A stretch of DNA of 64,000 nt from an uncultured Coriobacteriia bacterium (lineage in GTDB: Bacteria; Actinomycetota; Coriobacteriia; Coriobacteriales; QAMH01), in assembly GCA_949879855.1 (NCBI GenBank), contig CATLBX010000001.1, forward strand, positions 82-64,081, given 5' to 3'. Both the position numbers and the translations under genes were made by a program. The notes below the pieces were generated by a model. That model ran no database searches, had not been told where the DNA came from, and worked only from the letters and a program-made list of their open reading frames with translations. Below, one piece after another: positions 60,436-64,000 of the stretch. Each line of letters begins with the position of its first letter. The first letter of the stretch is position 1.

Positions 60436-62409
60436 CTACTTGCCCAGGCCGTACCAACCGGTGCCCTCGTCCTGCCAGCCAATGGACAGCAGGATGTCAC
60501 GCTCGCCCGCCTCGGTCGTGTAATGATGGTTGTTCGCATAGGCATTGGGATTGTAGAGGCGATAGAGCGGGGTCTTTCCGCCAGTCTGCCAGCCAAGGCC
60601 CTCGTCGTTCCAACCAGCCGCCACGAGCGCGTCGCGCTCGCCCGCGCTGGGCGTGTAGTGATGCTCGCCCGCGTACGGGTTATAGAGGCGATAGACCGGC
60701 TCGCCCTTCGTGGGAGCCTTCCAGCCCGTGCCCTCGTCGTCCCAGCCCACGTCGATGAGGTGCCAGCGCTCCTCATCGCTTGCCGTGTAGAAGTGCTCGC
60801 CGGCCTTGGGGTTGTAGAGGCGGTACATCACCTGGCCGGGATCGTCGGGGTCGGGCTCGCTCGCACCGGGACCAAGCGCCTCGACAATCTCGATGGTCGC
60901 CCCCATCGACCCGGTGTGGTTGCCCATGCCGGTCACGGTAACGGTGTGCTTGCCGACGCTCTTCATGTCGGCGGGGAACGACAGACGGTAATCCGTGCCC
61001 TCCGAGAGCACGCGGTCACCGGACTTGACGGTGAAGATGGGTCTCTTCTCGGATCCGTCATAGGTGAAGCGTGTCTGGCTCATCTCGACGGCGGTGATGT
61101 TCGCGGGCACGATGTTGAAATCCACCCTCTTCGTTCCCGTGTACCTTCCGATGCCCGTGATGGTCATGCGGGCAACGCCGACGTTCGTGTTGTAGATGTA
61201 GCTCGCCGTGTAATCGGTGCCCTTGACGAGCGTCTTGCCGTTGGCGGTCACGGTGGGGTTGGGCTCGATGGGCTTGCCCGTATAGGTTTGCGCGGGAATG
61301 GACGGCGTGGGAAGGTTGGCGATCGACTCGCTCACCGTCCACTCGTGGGTGAGCTGCCTGCCCGACTTGAGACGTGCGGTGATCGTGGCCTTGCCAGCAC
61401 CCTTGGCGGTGACCTTGCCGTTCGCATCGACGACACACACGCTGGTGTTCGAACTCGTCCATGTCACGATCTTCGGGTCGATGGTGCCGTACACCTGGGA
61501 AAGTCCGGTGTTGTACAGGCAGTACTTCATCGTGTACGTGCTGCCGACGGTCAGGACCTTCATCTGCTCCATCTTCGTGTCCAGGTTGAAGGCCTGGTCC
61601 TTGCCGCAAATGCCGTAGTTGATGTTGATGGTCCTCGTCGTGTTGCGGTTATCGTTCCAAACGGTGCCGCTGCCGGCAGCGGAGCTAAACTCCTGGGACC
61701 AGCAGAACGGCCCCTGGGAGATGCAGCCGATGCCGATGGACTTGAAGTCGGGTTTGATGATGTTGAGGTAGTGGCCCACGGCGCTGTAGAACTCCGGGGC
61801 CTGCTGGCTCAATGTGTACGCTGACATGGTCTGCCAGCCGGTGGGCAGCGCCTTGCCGTTGTAGGTGCCGGATTTGGCGGCAGCAGCCCAAATGTCCTTC
61901 TCCCTGGTAAACCAATCGTTCATGACCTCCGCAGGCGTCTTCTGGCCAAGGGCGATGTTCTCGCCGGTCATGCCGCGCTTGGCACTGGGGATGGCCGTGC
62001 GCGACTCCGACCCGTCGGGACGCGTGTGACTGTAGAAGATCGCGAGCTCGGCGGCGCGCTGCATGGCGGCTTCCGTCAATTCGTAGTCGAGCGTGAGCGG
62101 ACTGCGGCCCAACGCCTGGCGCTCCTTGTTCACGATGGCGAGCACCTGATGAGCATAGCTGTAGTACGCCGCGCCGTTCACCAGCACCTGCTCGTCATTG
62201 GCAGCCTGGGCCACGAGGCCCGCATCGGCATCGTCCGTCGCCGCCGCTTCCTCGGCCACCGCGGAAAGAAGCGGTGCGACTTCGACCTGCTCGTCGGCAA
62301 AGGCCTGCGAGGCAGCGCCCGGCCATGCCATGACGGGCATGAGCCCCATCGCCAAGACGAGCGCCAATGCGGCGCTCGCGATTCTCTTCGTTAACGATAC
62401 CGTGCTCAT
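60436..62409 (-). CDS. Secreted CAP domain + Big_2-like + two Ig-like repeats + wall-binding repeats
   Basis: VLAIVNKERQALGRSPLTLD...HYLNIIKPDFKSIGIG. Paralog of 57817-59169. Confidence 0.75.
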   Translation of the reverse strand: MSTVSLTKRIASAALALVLAMGLMPVMAWPGAASQAFADEQVEVAPLLSAVAEEAAATDDADAGLVAQAANDEQVLVNGAAYYSYAHQVLAIVNKERQALGRSPLTLDYELTEAAMQRAAELAIFYSHTRPDGSESRTAIPSAKRGMTGENIALGQKTPAEVMNDWFTREKDIWAAAAKSGTYNGKALPTGWQTMSAYTLSQQAPEFYSAVGHYLNIIKPDFKSIGIGCISQGPFCWSQEFSSAAGSGTVWNDNRNTTRTININYGICGKDQAFNLDTKMEQMKVLTVGSTYTMKYCLYNTGLSQVYGTIDPKIVTWTSSNTSVCVVDANGKVTAKGAGKATITARLKSGRQLTHEWTVSESIANLPTPSIPAQTYTGKPIEPNPTVTANGKTLVKGTDYTASYIYNTNVGVARMTITGIGRYTGTKRVDFNIVPANITAVEMSQTRFTYDGSEKRPIFTVKSGDRVLSEGTDYRLSFPADMKSVGKHTVTVTGMGNHTGSMGATIEIVEALGPGASEPDPDDPGQVMYRLYNPKAGEHFYTASDEERWHLIDVGWDDEGTGWKAPTKGEPVYRLYNPYAGEHHYTPSAGERDALVAAGWNDEGLGWQTGGKTPLYRLYNPNAYANNHHYTTEAGERDILLSIGWQDEGTGWYGLGK

Positions 62410-62431
62410 CGTCTTCCCTTCGTACATCTTT

Positions 62432-62585
62432 CTGTCATTTCGATCGAAGGTGCGCAGCCCGTCCCACTGTCATTTCGACCGGAGGCGCGCAGCGCCGTAG
62501 TGGAGAAATCTCGCCCTTCCGTCGCGGGTCAAGACCGAGATTTCTCGACTCCGCTCACTTCGTTCGCTTCGCTCGAAATGACAGT
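62432..62585. repeat. Composite intergenic repeat cluster: two type-B heads (+) followed by an inverted type-A copy
   Basis: TGTCATTTCGATCGAAGG.., TGTCATTTCGACCGGAGGCGCGCAGCGCCGTAGTGGAGAAATCTCGCC, then GTCGCGGGTCAAGACCGAGATTTCTCGACTCCGCTCACTTCGTTCGCTTCGCTCGAAATGACA. Confidence 0.85.
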
Positions 62586-62586
62586 G

Positions 62587-63654
62587 CTACCTCAGGCCGT
62601 ACCAGCTGATGCCCTCGTTGTTCCACCCTTCGTTGAGCAGGAAGTCGCGCTCGACCTCGCTCGTGGTGTAGTGATGGTTGTTCGCGAACTCGTTGGGATT
62701 GTAGACGCGGTACAGCGGCACGCTGTAGCCCGTGTCGGAATACCAGCCGATGCCCTCGTCGTTCCAACCGGCGGCAACGAGGCTGTCACGCTCGACGGTC
62801 GAGAGCGTGTAGTGGTGCTCTCCGCCATACTCGTTGTAGAGGCGATAGACCGCGTCACCCTTGGACGGGGCCTTCCAGCCCTCGCCTTCGTCGTTCCATC
62901 CCACCGAGATGAGGTTGTCGCGCTCGACGGTCGAGAGCGTGTAGAAGTGCTCGCCGGAATTGGGATTGTAGAGGCGGAACATCACCTGGCCGGGATCGTC
63001 GGGGTCGGTCGGCGTCGAATCGCCGTTCGCGGGGCTCTTGATGCCGGAGTCCTCGTCCTCGAGGGGTTCGAGAATCTCGAAGTCGGCGGTCAGGACGCCC
63101 GCGTAGTTCGCCGTGCCCTTGACCGTCAGGATATGCACGCCCACGCTGCTCAGGTCCTGGGTCTGCATGCCCACGACGATGTAGTCCTGGCCGTTGACCA
63201 GCTCCTTGTCGCCGGACTTCACGGTCACGATGGGCGTCTTGCGCTTGCCGTCGTAGAAGTACCGCGTCTCGCTCAGCGAGATTGACGTGATCTGGGCCTG
63301 GATGATGTCGAAGGTGACGATCTTCCTGCCCGAATACGCGCCGATGCCGTTGACGTACACATGGGCGGTGCCCTCGCCCAGGTTCCTTCCGTACTCGAGC
63401 GTGTAGTCGGTGCCCTCGACGAGGGTCTTGCCGCCAATCATGACCTTCGGCTTGGGCTTGATCTGCACGCCCGTGTAGACCTGGTCGGGAATGGGCTCGA
63501 CGTACGCGTCCGTGATGGGCGTGGTGCTCATGGCCTGCTCGGCATGGGCCTGTTGCGTCGCGTTCGCGATCATCGCGATGGGCACGAAGCTCATCGCCAG
63601 CACGACCGCCAGCACGGTGCGCGCGATTTTGGTAGCTATCGTTTTAGTGCTCAT
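62587..63654 (-). CDS. Secreted protein: two Ig-like repeats + wall-binding repeats
   Basis: Signal peptide MSTKTIATKIARTVLAVVLAMSFVPIAMIANA. The modules match those of 60436-62409. Confidence 0.75.
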   Translation of the reverse strand: MSTKTIATKIARTVLAVVLAMSFVPIAMIANATQQAHAEQAMSTTPITDAYVEPIPDQVYTGVQIKPKPKVMIGGKTLVEGTDYTLEYGRNLGEGTAHVYVNGIGAYSGRKIVTFDIIQAQITSISLSETRYFYDGKRKTPIVTVKSGDKELVNGQDYIVVGMQTQDLSSVGVHILTVKGTANYAGVLTADFEILEPLEDEDSGIKSPANGDSTPTDPDDPGQVMFRLYNPNSGEHFYTLSTVERDNLISVGWNDEGEGWKAPSKGDAVYRLYNEYGGEHHYTLSTVERDSLVAAGWNDEGIGWYSDTGYSVPLYRVYNPNEFANNHHYTTSEVERDFLLNEGWNNEGISWYGLR

Positions 63655-63660
63655 CGTTCC

Positions 63661-64000
63661 TCACTCTCCGATGCCGTACCAGCCGATGCCCTCGTCCTTC
63701 CAACCCAGACCGAGCAGGTGGTCGCGCTCGACCTCGCTCGTCGTGTAGTTGTGGTTGTTGGCGTAGGCGTTGGGATTGTACTGGCGATACAGCGGGACCG
63801 TGCCGGCCGTGCGCCAGCCGATGCCCTCGTCGTTCCAGCCCACCGAGATGAGCTGGTCGCGCTCCTCGACGCTCACGGTGTAATGATGCTCGCCCGCGTT
63901 GGGGTTGTAGAGGCGGTAGACCGGCTCGCCACCGCTGGGGGCAACCCAGCCGACGCGTTCGTAGGTCCAGCCCACGCTGACGAGGTGGTCGCGCTCTACT
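63661..64000 (-). CDS. Wall-binding-repeat protein, C-terminal part (5' end beyond window)
   Basis: The frame stays open to the window edge. Contains three YRLYNPN/YRQYNPN repeats. Confidence 0.7.
   Translation of the reverse strand, partial: VERDHLVSVGWTYERVGWVAPSGGEPVYRLYNPNAGEHHYTVSVEERDQLISVGWNDEGIGWRTAGTVPLYRQYNPNAYANNHNYTTSEVERDHLLGLGWKDEGIGWYGIGE

Overview
This is a high-GC actinobacterial segment. By gene content it looks like Coriobacteriia/Eggerthellaceae, which is an inference only. It has three parts.

(1) 1-6.8 kb is host DNA. It holds a truncated DUF4143 ATPase, a secreted protein with wall-binding-type repeats, and a putative Mg2+ uptake operon (PRC-MgtE_N-CBS protein, NRAMP-related Mg transporter, small Cys-rich protein). 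It also carries tRNA-Ser(GCU) and tRNA-Arg(ACG).

(2) About 6.83-47.30 kb is a complete-looking siphovirus-type prophage of roughly 40.5 kb, integrated into the 3' end of tRNA-Arg(ACG) and flanked by a 44-bp perfect direct repeat. Reading right to left, the order is integrase, NYN moron, CI-like repressor, switch region, early genes, replication, DNA-modification/anti-restriction genes, packaging, head, tail, tail fibre and lysis.

(3) 47.8-64 kb is a host island of at least 10 paralogous secreted proteins. They combine CAP, BspA/DUF285 LRR, cyclophilin, InlB-B-repeat and Ig-like modules, all end in the same ~40-aa YRLYNPNxGEHxYT repeats, and a VapBC pair is embedded among them.

The stand-out observation is a shufflon-like array in the prophage at 9428-11776. 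An invariant 12-bp site, ATTCCTTGTCCC, occurs 12 times: once inside the tail-fibre gene and 11 times downstream. Every copy starts an in-frame, start-codon-less alternative C-terminal tip cassette of 40-83 aa. A small tyrosine recombinase gene abuts the distal end. This predicts recombinase-driven switching of the receptor-binding tip among 12 variants. All calls come from manual reading and translation; no searches were run.
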